DNA of 64,000 nt. Source: Nitrosopumilus sp. GTDB taxonomy: Archaea > Thermoproteota > Nitrososphaeria > Nitrososphaerales > Nitrosopumilaceae. Position numbers and translations under genes: made by a program. The notes beneath the pieces are model-generated. The model saw only the letters and a program-made list of their open reading frames with translations. It made no database searches and was not told the DNA's origin. Of this stretch, positions 31,290 through 40,033 are shown in pieces (positions within the stretch are counted from its first letter, which is position 1; each line of letters begins with the position of its first letter). Location: NCBI GenBank assembly GCA_965205675.1, contig OZ242186.1:1856001-1920000 (forward strand). The letters are read 5' to 3'.

Positions 31290-32011
31290 AATGAAACAAA
31301 CACCATCAAAGAAGCCAATCGTGTAAATTCGTTAGTAGCTCCCATTACATCACCGGTTATACCACCAAAACTACGAGTAGACAAAGCTAAGAGAAACATA
31401 GTCAAAGCAATAGTTACACCCAACATTATCAATCCGGTAGTCTCGCCTATTACAATAACAGGGATAAACATAATGATGAACGCTGCTAATAGTTTTTTCT
31501 TATCTTTCATAAATTCAACAAAAGGGGAATTTGAGCCTAATGAAGCTGATTTACCTAAACTAGCCATTAAAACCATTGAGAATTTTGCCAGAATTTCACT
31601 AATCAAAAGTACTTTAAACAAATCAAAACCACTAGTAAGAGAAATAGTGATTATTAATCCAATAAAATACAAAACAATTGCAACAATACCAGCTGAACCA
31701 GTGGAAAGATCCTTCATGGCTTTGAGTTTTTTATCTTTTAAACCTTTTACCATAAGTCCATCAGCAAAATCAGCCAAGCCATCTGCATGATGTACTCCAG
31801 TGATTATTGTAATTGATGCAACAACTAGCAAGCTAACTAACAAAGGTTCTAAAAAGAGAGATAAGCCAAAACCTAAAGTTCCAGTTAAAAATCCAATAAT
31901 AATTCCAATAACAGGAAACATGAACATATATTTCGCAACATTATCTAATGTGGAATTTGAGGATGGAAAAATTGTTAGAAATGAAAAAACAGATCCAATT
32001 TCTTTAAGCAT
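31286..32011 (-). CDS. cobS: Adenosylcobinamide-GDP ribazoletransferase
   Basis: FLTIFP, HADGLADFADG, MKD, GGITGDVMGA. Confidence 0.95.
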   Translation of the reverse strand: MLKEIGSVFSFLTIFPSSNSTLDNVAKYMFMFPVIGIIIGFLTGTLGFGLSLFLEPLLVSLLVVASITIITGVHHADGLADFADGLMVKGLKDKKLKAMKDLSTGSAGIVAIVLYFIGLIITISLTSGFDLFKVLLISEILAKFSMVLMASLGKSASLGSNSPFVEFMKDKKKLLAAFIIMFIPVIVIGETTGLIMLGVTIALTMFLLALSTRSFGGITGDVMGATNEFTRLASLMVFVSL

Positions 32012-32975
32012 GCATCCACAATCCTACAAGTAATAAAAGGGAAATTATAGGAATAGTAACTATTCCAAAGAAAAGTATCGAAGTGAGTTTCATTATTGAA
32101 ATGGCAGAGTGTATATGTTCTTTTGTTAGAATAATTTTGTTATCACCTAGTTTGTAGTGATTAATTTTTTCAAATTTTGTTTCTAGAGCTCCAGCTAAAG
32201 CAGCCATAGGGTATCCAGCATTAGGACTTTCAGTGTTTTTACCATCTCTAATCATTATTTTGTAAGATTCTTTCCAATTGTTTTGTAGAATAGCAGCAGA
32301 GATAATCATTATCAAACCAGTCAATCTAGAAGGAATATAATTCAGAACACTATCACATGTTGCTGCAAACCAACCAACATTTTTAAAAATACTAGTTTTA
32401 TAACCAATCATAGAATCTGCAGTATTTACCACACGATACACAAATGCCCCTGGTAATCCAAATAGAGCATAATAAAACATAGGCCCCGTAATTCCATCAA
32501 CAGTATTTTCACTTATACTTTCTAACACGCCTGAAATAACGTGATTTTTGTCTAAATTTTTGGTATTTCGCTTGACAATCATAGATAGATGATTTCTGGC
32601 CATATCAAGATTATCATCATCCAAAGATTTTAAAACAGATGTTGCATGTTTTTCCATTCCATTAATAGCAATTGTGGTTTTTAACAACAATCCACCAACA
32701 ACTACAGAAACAATCAATGAAAGATAATCAATAGTAATTAAAGATATTCCAATATCTAATGTAAAAAGTAACAATATTGCCAAAGCAGAAATAATAATAA
32801 CAATGCATATACCTCCAAGTTTTTCTATTGTAGAATGATCATTTTTTGCTACTGGTGTTAATTTAGCAATCAGAATTCCAATCCAAGCAGTTGGATGGTA
32901 TTTATTTTGAGGATCTCCGAATTTAAAATCAAATAAAATAGCAAAACCAATTACAAGTATATATTCAATAATCAT
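32004..32975 (-). CDS. cbiB: Cobinamide-phosphate synthase CbiB
   Basis: GDP..HP, ESISEN..DG, NTADSMIGYK, SPNAGYP. Confidence 0.95.
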   Translation of the reverse strand: MIIEYILVIGFAILFDFKFGDPQNKYHPTAWIGILIAKLTPVAKNDHSTIEKLGGICIVIIISALAILLLFTLDIGISLITIDYLSLIVSVVVGGLLLKTTIAINGMEKHATSVLKSLDDDNLDMARNHLSMIVKRNTKNLDKNHVISGVLESISENTVDGITGPMFYYALFGLPGAFVYRVVNTADSMIGYKTSIFKNVGWFAATCDSVLNYIPSRLTGLIMIISAAILQNNWKESYKIMIRDGKNTESPNAGYPMAALAGALETKFEKINHYKLGDNKIILTKEHIHSAISIMKLTSILFFGIVTIPIISLLLLVGLWMHA

Positions 32976-33811
32976 TTTAACATCCTTTCAATAGATTTTA
33001 TATCAACGTTTGATTTGATAACTTTTGCTAGTTTATTTAATTCATCATCAATTTTTGAAATATTTTTTTTAGTCCATCGAATATTTTTAGCAGTGACATT
33101 TAGAGAATCTTCTTCAGGTAAATCTATTGAAATTGATGGGATGGTTCCCACTACAGGTATTTTTGTGACATTTTTGAGTTTTCGAAATCCCGGTTTTAAT
33201 ATTTCTAGATCTCCTCTAAATTTATTAAAAATAAAACCTTTTACAAGTTCTTGATATTTTTTTTCAATTAAAGCCATAGTTCCAACAAGACTTGCAAAAG
33301 AACCACCTTTGTCAATATCCGAAACTAAAAGTACAGCAGCATTTGCTTTGTGAGCAATCTTCATATTCGCAATATCAAATTTTTGTAAATTAATTTCTGC
33401 TGGAGAACCTGCACCTTCTAAAATAACTAAATCATAATTTTTTTGCAATGTTTTAAGGGATTTTGATGCAATACCAAGTCCTCTATGATTTACAAACTTT
33501 TCATAGTAATCTTTTGCATGCATTTTTTTGTATCGTTTTCCATTTAGATACACAGTGCTGTTGTAATTTCCCAGAGGTTTTAGTAAGATTGGATTTAGAT
33601 CAGGTGTGATTTTACAGCGTGAGCCAATAGCCTGAATCGCCTGAGCACGAGATATTTCAAAATCAGGCGTGACATATGCGAAATTTGACATGTTTTGAGA
33701 TTTGAATGGAACAACACTGTAACCTTTATCAGAAAAAATTCTGCAAAGAGCTGCTACTAATGTTGTCTTACCTGCTCCAGAAGAAGTCCCTTGAATCATT
33801 AAAGATTTCAT
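32972..33811 (-). CDS. cobQ: Cobyric acid synthase, synthetase domain only
   Basis: QGTSSGAGKT, PFKSQNMS, EGAGSPAEINL, NKFRGD, EEDS; 279 aa. Confidence 0.9.
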   Translation of the reverse strand: MKSLMIQGTSSGAGKTTLVAALCRIFSDKGYSVVPFKSQNMSNFAYVTPDFEISRAQAIQAIGSRCKITPDLNPILLKPLGNYNSTVYLNGKRYKKMHAKDYYEKFVNHRGLGIASKSLKTLQKNYDLVILEGAGSPAEINLQKFDIANMKIAHKANAAVLLVSDIDKGGSFASLVGTMALIEKKYQELVKGFIFNKFRGDLEILKPGFRKLKNVTKIPVVGTIPSISIDLPEEDSLNVTAKNIRWTKKNISKIDDELNKLAKVIKSNVDIKSIERMLK

Positions 33812-34890
33812 TTGATTTTCTCCAATGCTTTTACAAGTTTTAGATTATCTTTATGTGATTTTACAGCTATTCTAATATAATGATTATTTAATCCTCTAAA
33901 ATTTTTACAATCTCGAATTAGGATTCTTTGTTTTAACAATTTTTTTTGTAATTTTGTTGAATCTTTTTTTATTTTAATTAAAATAAAATTTGTAGAAGAA
34001 TTATCACAATTAAATCCATTTATTTTATTTACCTTATTTACCAAATAATTTAATTCTTTTTTAATTACAGAATTTGATTCAATTAAATGGGATTTATTTT
34101 TAAGTGCAATATTTGCTGCATCTTGAGCTAATGAGTTTACACTCCATGGGATTTTGATTTTTTGTAAAATTTCAATTATATCTTTAGAAGCTGCAGCATA
34201 TCCAATACGTATTCCAGGCAAAGCAAAAGATTTTGTTAATGATCGTAAAACAAAAAGATTTTCATATTTTTTAACATAAGATATTATGGATTGATTTGAT
34301 TCTGGAACCATTTCAATAAAACATTCATCTACAAATACTAATGTAGATAATTTTTTTGCGTGTTTGGTTATTTCGAGTAATTGATTTTTTGGTAATAACT
34401 GTCCTGTAGGATTGTTAGGATTACAAATGAATACACATCCATTCTTTGGAATTTTTGAAATAAAGATATCAAGGTTTTTAGATAAATTCATAGTTTTAAA
34501 GTATAAAATTTTACATTCATTAAGTTTAGCTGCTGTTTCATACTCTTGAAAAGTTGGGATTGGTATCAGTACTTTTGTTTTCTTTGATAAAAATGCAAAA
34601 CAAAAATTGTAGAGAATCTCAATTGCTCCATTTCCAACCAAAAGATTTGATTTATCTAACTGCGTGTATTTTTGTAGGCTTGAAATTACAGTTGATGAAC
34701 TAAAATCAGGATAATTTTTGATATTATCAATATTTTTCTTAAGGATTTTTTTTATTGATAGTGGCGTTCCAATAGGAGACACATTTGAACTAAAATCAAT
34801 GATTTTTGGATCAGTACTTTGTAATGGATTTTGTCCTCCATGTATTGCAGGTACATGTCTAATAACAGATAATTTTGGCCGTATTTTCAC
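33808..34890 (-). CDS. cobD: Threonine-phosphate decarboxylase
   Basis: HGG..DFSSNVSP, GNGA, NPNNPTG, SLTK; first gene of cob operon. Confidence 0.85.
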   Translation of the reverse strand: MKIRPKLSVIRHVPAIHGGQNPLQSTDPKIIDFSSNVSPIGTPLSIKKILKKNIDNIKNYPDFSSSTVISSLQKYTQLDKSNLLVGNGAIEILYNFCFAFLSKKTKVLIPIPTFQEYETAAKLNECKILYFKTMNLSKNLDIFISKIPKNGCVFICNPNNPTGQLLPKNQLLEITKHAKKLSTLVFVDECFIEMVPESNQSIISYVKKYENLFVLRSLTKSFALPGIRIGYAAASKDIIEILQKIKIPWSVNSLAQDAANIALKNKSHLIESNSVIKKELNYLVNKVNKINGFNCDNSSTNFILIKIKKDSTKLQKKLLKQRILIRDCKNFRGLNNHYIRIAVKSHKDNLKLVKALEKIK

Positions 34891-34973
34891 AGTTCCAAAT
34901 AGAATTAGCCGATTTAGTATGTTTTGGTAACTCAGAAAACGATTATTAGTTGAAGGCGATCAATAATCAAAAT

Positions 34974-36050
34974 ATGAGTAAAAAAAGAGTGGCAATAATT
35001 GGGGTTACTGGTTCTGTAGGTCAAGAATTTGTACAGTCTTTAAACAATCACCCATGGTTTGAAGTTACTCAAATTGCAGCATCTTCACGTTCTGCAGGAA
35101 AGAAATACCTTGATGCTATTAAAGATGCAAGTGGGATTGTAGCATGGGATGTAGGCGGAGAAATTCCAGAATATATCAAAGAAATGACAGTAAGATCAGT
35201 TGATGGATTAGATGTTTCTCAATTAGATGTGATATTTTCAGCAGTTGAATCAGAAGCAGCTAGAGACATAGAAACGAAGATGGCAGCAGATTTGCCAGTT
35301 ATCTCTACAAGTTCTGCTTATAGATATGAAGATGATGTACCAATACTAATTCCAGGGATTAATGATGAGCAAACAGAATTACTTGAAACTCAAAAAAAGA
35401 ATAGAAATTGGAAAGGTTGGGTAGCACCGTTACCAAATTGTACTACAACCGGTTTAGCAATTACATTAAAACCATTACTTGAAAAATATGGAGCAAAAAA
35501 AGTCATGATGACTTCAATGCAAGCAATATCAGGAGGTGGAAAAACAGGAGTGCCAGCAATGGGAATTACAGATAACATTATTCCATTTATTCCTAGCGAA
35601 GAAGGTAAAGTAAGACGAGAAACTAGGAAAATTTTAGGCAAATTAAAAGATGGGAAAATTGAAGATGCAGACATTAGAATCAGTTGTACTTGTACCAGAG
35701 TTCCTGTAATTGATGGACATACAGAATCAGTTTTTGTTGAAACTACAGAGAAAATTGATCCGTTAAAAGCAAAAGATACCTACAATGAATACAACAGAAA
35801 TATTTCAGTATCAGGATTACCATCAGCTCCTGAAAAATATTATGCATTTCATGAAGATCCAACTAGACCTCAACCAAGAATGGAGAGAACCGTTGGAGAT
35901 GGAATGACTACAACAATTGGAAGAGTAGAGACAGAAGAATTGTTTGATAATGGATTGAAATACATGTTGTTCTCTCACAATAAAAAAATGGGTTCAGCAA
36001 AAGGAGCTGTTTTGTTAGCAGAGATGCTATACAAGAAAGGCAAGATTTAG
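34974..36050 (+). CDS. asd: Aspartate-semialdehyde dehydrogenase (archaeal type)
   Basis: GVTGSVGQ, PNCTT, QAISGGG, CTRVPVIDGHTE. Confidence 0.9.
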   Translation: MSKKRVAIIGVTGSVGQEFVQSLNNHPWFEVTQIAASSRSAGKKYLDAIKDASGIVAWDVGGEIPEYIKEMTVRSVDGLDVSQLDVIFSAVESEAARDIETKMAADLPVISTSSAYRYEDDVPILIPGINDEQTELLETQKKNRNWKGWVAPLPNCTTTGLAITLKPLLEKYGAKKVMMTSMQAISGGGKTGVPAMGITDNIIPFIPSEEGKVRRETRKILGKLKDGKIEDADIRISCTCTRVPVIDGHTESVFVETTEKIDPLKAKDTYNEYNRNISVSGLPSAPEKYYAFHEDPTRPQPRMERTVGDGMTTTIGRVETEELFDNGLKYMLFSHNKKMGSAKGAVLLAEMLYKKGKI

Positions 36051-36125
36051 AGAATTTTTTTGCAATTTTTACAATAATAACTTTATAAGATCCAGAAATC
36101 TAGATCGACTCAGGTGTTTTAAACG

Positions 36126-36590
36126 ATAAAAGTAGATGACTTGGATTTACAAATTTTATCAGAATTATCTAATGATGCCTCAATATCAGTTCCTCGCTTA
36201 TCAAAAAAAATCAATGTTAACTCATCTGTAGTGTATTCCAGAATCAAACGACTAGTCAAAAGAAAACTAATTGAGCGTTTTACAATTGTAGTTAATGATG
36301 AAGAGCTCGGATACAATGTAAAAGCATTAACTGGGATTAACATGGATACAAAAAAACGAGACCACATTATTGAAGAATTATTCAAGATAGACGGAGTTAG
36401 AGAGGTAGCAGAAGTTACAGGGAGATTTGACATTCTAGTTACAATGTATTCAAAATCACTGGATCAGATGCATAAAATGGTCTCTGAACGGATTGGTAGA
36501 ATCGAAGGGATTCAATCTTCTGAATCATTCATAGAAATGAAATCACGAATGAAAGCAATGCCATATATGCCATCAAAGGATAGTGACTGA
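36126..36590 (+). CDS. Lrp/AsnC family transcriptional regulator (start uncertain: ATA 36126 or TTG 36141)
   Basis: (KVDD)LDLQILSEL HTH; VTGRFDI RAM domain. Confidence 0.9.
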   Translation: MKVDDLDLQILSELSNDASISVPRLSKKINVNSSVVYSRIKRLVKRKLIERFTIVVNDEELGYNVKALTGINMDTKKRDHIIEELFKIDGVREVAEVTGRFDILVTMYSKSLDQMHKMVSERIGRIEGIQSSESFIEMKSRMKAMPYMPSKDSD

Positions 36591-37522
36591 TGTTGCAAAA
36601 GCAAAAATCAGAATCTAGAATGGCAGTATATTATGAATTAACAAAACCAAAAATTTGGTATTTACTAGTTTTTACAGCATTTGGTGCAGCATTGACAGCT
36701 TCTAATGTTTACGGCATAGAAATATCTCCAGCAACATGGCTTTTGATGTTATTTTCAGTTGCAGCAGGTTCAGCCGCTGCAAATACTTTGACAAATTATC
36801 ATGATAGAGATATTGATGCAATTATGGAAAGAACAAAAGATCGACCTTTACCATCAAAAAGAATCTATCCTGCAGTAAAGGCAAGAAATTTTGGATTAGC
36901 ATTAGCAGGCATATCACTAGTTCTAGCATTTGGAATATCTTTTACTACAACGTTAGAACAAGGAGCATGGGCAACTGCATTTATTGCATTTGGATTAGTA
37001 AATAATATTCTAATTTACTCATATGTTCTAAAACGAAATTCAAGGACTAACATAATTTTAGGAGGATTGTGTGGAGGATCACCACCAATGATTGGATGGG
37101 TGGCAGTAAGTATGTCAGATTTATGGACAATGGGTCTTGCCATGGCAGGTTTGGTATTCATTTGGATTCCAATGCACATTTGGGCACTTACGTTACATTT
37201 CAAAGAAGATTATAACAAAGTCAATGTTCCTATGTTAACTGCAGTACAATCAGAAAAAACTTCTGCAAGAGCTATTGCATTATCAACAGTTGTAATGGTG
37301 TTATTTTCGATTGCTCCATTTTTTATTACAACTGAGAATAATGAAAAAATGATTGGAGATGTGTATTTATGGACTGCAATTGTATCTGGTGCATTAATGG
37401 TGGTATTATCAGTGTGGGTGATAGTCAAACCAATGGAGAAAGCTGCTTGGACATTGTTTAAATTTTCTAGTCCATATTTGACAGTGTTATTTATTGCACT
37501 AATGGTTGACTCTGCGTTATAA
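36590..37522 (+). CDS. cyoE: Protoheme IX farnesyltransferase (heme O synthase)
   Basis: LTKP, DRDIDAIMERTKDRPLP, W.PMH.WAL, DY..VPML. Confidence 0.93.
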   Translation: MLQKQKSESRMAVYYELTKPKIWYLLVFTAFGAALTASNVYGIEISPATWLLMLFSVAAGSAAANTLTNYHDRDIDAIMERTKDRPLPSKRIYPAVKARNFGLALAGISLVLAFGISFTTTLEQGAWATAFIAFGLVNNILIYSYVLKRNSRTNIILGGLCGGSPPMIGWVAVSMSDLWTMGLAMAGLVFIWIPMHIWALTLHFKEDYNKVNVPMLTAVQSEKTSARAIALSTVVMVLFSIAPFFITTENNEKMIGDVYLWTAIVSGALMVVLSVWVIVKPMEKAAWTLFKFSSPYLTVLFIALMVDSAL

Positions 37523-37750
37523 AATATTCCCTTTATCATCCAAACTATTCAATTCTTTAGTAATTTTAGAATGATCTTCTATCAATACTCCAAGTCCATT
37601 TTTTAGTTCTTCAGAATTCCAGTCAGATGAAATAAGAGATGTTAATTTTGAAACAATTTCCCATTGAATATTATTTTGATCATCAATTAATTTTAAAAAA
37701 TGCTTTCCCTTCTCTTCATCATTCATAATTTTTGGATATAATGGAATCAT
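37517..37750 (-). CDS. Small helical hypothetical protein
   Basis: 77-aa ORF; probable start at internal ATG (MNDEEK). Confidence 0.7.
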   Translation of the reverse strand: MIPLYPKIMNDEEKGKHFLKLIDDQNNIQWEIVSKLTSLISSDWNSEELKNGLGVLIEDHSKITKELNSLDDKGNIL

Positions 37751-37816
37751 AAAAAGTTAGCATTGGTAATTAGATAATTTTAAAGTTTTATTAGTAGATA
37801 ATAGATATTTTTCATA

Positions 37817-37972
37817 TTGCAATGCAGTATTTCAGAATGCAAAGAAAAAGCAACAGAAACAGTCCAAATAAGTTTCAAGGAAACAAGAAATTTATGCAAA
37901 AATCACTTCAAATTATTTAAAAATAAAGATAGAAAACATAATCCAATGTTTTCTAAAGCATCAGATTTTTAG
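37817..37972 (+). CDS. Putative Zn-finger microprotein (51 aa)
   Basis: TTG-started MQCSISECKEKAT..LCKNH..; C-x4-C..C-x2-H; below the ORF-track cutoff. Confidence 0.65.
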   Translation: MQCSISECKEKATETVQISFKETRNLCKNHFKLFKNKDRKHNPMFSKASDF

Positions 37973-38040
37973 TATGTATAGGTGTTTTTTAACTAAAGAA
38001 TTATTGAAAGATTTAACATCTACTATTTTCAAATTAGAAT

Positions 38041-38511
38041 ATGGCAACCAAGAAGAAAAATACGCCTAAGAAAACAATAAAAAAATCAACTGCTAAACCC
38101 AAAAAACAAGTTAAGAGTTCATCAAAAAAACCAGAATTTGAAAAAGCATGGAAAGATTACAATTCAGCTTTGGATGGTTGGAAAGAATCTCTTGCACAAT
38201 GGCAAAAGGCTACTAATGAAACTTTAATGACATATCATGATGCTTGTCAAAAAGCAGTAGAATCAGATGCGGAACTGTTAAAAAAAGTTAGTTCAAGCTG
38301 GGAAAATACATGGGAAGAAATTGGTCCTCAATACATTAAACAACAAACAAAGATGATGGAAAATATCTTTAAAGAAACTAATATTGAATCAATTAAAAAA
38401 TTCAACAGTCAGTGGGAAAAATTTCTGAAAACATCTGGAAATGATTCAATTATAGCATATCAAGAAGCTATAAAAAAATTCAACCAAGCATGGCAATCAG
38501 GTCAAATGTAA
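38041..38511 (+). CDS. Trp-rich amphipathic helical protein with Lys-rich N-terminus
   Basis: 156-aa ORF; KKxxKK leader, many W/Q/K helices. Confidence 0.8.
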   Translation: MATKKKNTPKKTIKKSTAKPKKQVKSSSKKPEFEKAWKDYNSALDGWKESLAQWQKATNETLMTYHDACQKAVESDAELLKKVSSSWENTWEEIGPQYIKQQTKMMENIFKETNIESIKKFNSQWEKFLKTSGNDSIIAYQEAIKKFNQAWQSGQM

Positions 38512-38549
38512 TTATAGATATTTCTACATAACAAATTTAATTTTTTCAT

Positions 38550-38803
38550 TTTTACTATTAAGAAAACTTTACACTCACATACTAAACAATTCCTTTAACT
38601 GCAGATCTTCTATTTTTCATGGTAGTTTCCATAGGATTTTTGATGGTTCTTTTGTATGTATCAAGCCTCACGTCTAGAATTTGTTTTTAGTTTCCATTTT
38701 TGTTCCTGATGGGATGGATGACCTTGATTCATACGTTCTTTTTGTTTTATACCTAACACAACACGCTTCTTGTGTAGGAGATTTTGAGATTCCAGTTTGA
38801 CAT
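38550..38803 (-). pseudogene. DUF5679-like small Zn-finger pseudogene interrupted by MITE (approximate limits)
   Basis: With the MITE removed it reads QEACCVRYKTKRTIKNPMETTMKNRRSAVKGI, then frameshifted VCECKVF. Confidence 0.6.
38654..38734 (-). mobile_element. MITE with IS66-type ends, copy 2
   Basis: 81 bp; 8-bp TSD GTTCTTTT (38646-38653, 38735-38742); differs from copy 1 by 2 substitutions and 1 indel. Confidence 0.93.
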
Positions 38804-39019
38804 TTTATATGAATTATAAAGTTTGTTTTTAATAGGTTCTGTTAACCTGACAGGTGGTAATTCCTCGTGTTAAGTTTCGAGGGGTAATCTAACATCTTCA
38901 AGACTTGAAATGCGGGTAATAGGATTTGAGATTTACATGTAGGGCTTGAATCTCAGAAAGAAGACGTAGATTTTGCCACATGACTAGAAAATCTAGCTTT
39001 AACTGAAAAAATCATATTT

Positions 39020-39125
39020 TATTTGCTAAATTCAACAGGTATTGGTACTGGCAATCCATTATCATCTGTGGTAACATGTATTTTCATGCTTGTCATCTCT
39101 TTTAAATCCATCAAATTCATTTCTG
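39020..39125 (-). pseudogene. IS5-family transposase remnant
   Basis: Reverse strand FDGFK / MKIHVTTDDNGLPV resembles the IS5 G.KIH..VD..GLP motif. Confidence 0.6.
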
Positions 39126-39199
39126 CTTTAGTTTTACAGATGATTTCTAAGAAGCCGATGATTTTAATGGTTTTTTAGTTCGTAGATGTAAAGTAACAT

Positions 39200-40033
39200 A
39201 TGAACATTCAAGATTTTGGGATGGCTCCAAAAGATAACCCACTCTGCTATCCTGGCAAAAGACCTCCCCACTCTTTCTTGTTTTGTTCTGATGACATACT
39301 CTCAATTACGATGACTCCCAATGTCAAAATCGAAGATTGTATGGTAGATGATATTACGTTGGCAGAAAAACTTGAAGAATATGGCGCAAAGGGTATCTCA
39401 GACAGATATCTTGTGGTAGGGTATGGCTCTAATGCAAATCCTGCACAACTGCAAAACAAATTCAAGAATAATGTAAACAGTATTTTCCCAGTCTTCAAGG
39501 GAACCATTACGGGATATGACGTATCTTATGCAAGAGCATTTGCATCATACGGTGCAATCCCTGCAACTATAACTGATTCTCCAGGAACCGTTGTAGAGGT
39601 ATGGGCAAACTTGTTTGATGAAGAGCAGTTGGAGATTATGAACAAAACAGAGGGCAGAGGCACATCATACTGTCTTGGAAGATTAAACAGTGCATTAACG
39701 CTTGAAAATAATGAGATTTTTTCCTCTGCATGCTCCTACATACACATGCAGGGATCGTTGCCTGTCAACAGCAAACCAATCAGACTTGATATGATTAGTG
39801 CCATAAACGCAAAATTTGATGGGCTTGATCAGCCCCAGATACTCTCAAAAATATCTGAGATGTTTGGCTTGTCAACAACTCCTGAAGAGTTCTTATCTGA
39901 AATCAAATGTAAACGTCGTAATTATACTAAAAAACTCTGTAATCTCACAAAAGGCATTCCTACTATGGGATTCACAGAGATACCCAGAGATGGTAATCCT
40001 CCAAACATTACTGCAACCAAAAGATCTTTCTAA
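39200..40033 (+). CDS. Gamma-glutamylcyclotransferase (AIG2-like) fold protein
   Basis: VVGYGSN loop, G..PATI, EQLEIMNKTEG candidate catalytic Glu region. Confidence 0.7.
   Translation: MNIQDFGMAPKDNPLCYPGKRPPHSFLFCSDDILSITMTPNVKIEDCMVDDITLAEKLEEYGAKGISDRYLVVGYGSNANPAQLQNKFKNNVNSIFPVFKGTITGYDVSYARAFASYGAIPATITDSPGTVVEVWANLFDEEQLEIMNKTEGRGTSYCLGRLNSALTLENNEIFSSACSYIHMQGSLPVNSKPIRLDMISAINAKFDGLDQPQILSKISEMFGLSTTPEEFLSEIKCKRRNYTKKLCNLTKGIPTMGFTEIPRDGNPPNITATKRSF

Noticed and set aside
34974-36050. Malonyl-CoA/succinyl-CoA reductase of the Sulfolobales type
   Set aside because: Homologous family, but nothing visible distinguishes it from archaeal Asd; the simpler call is kept.
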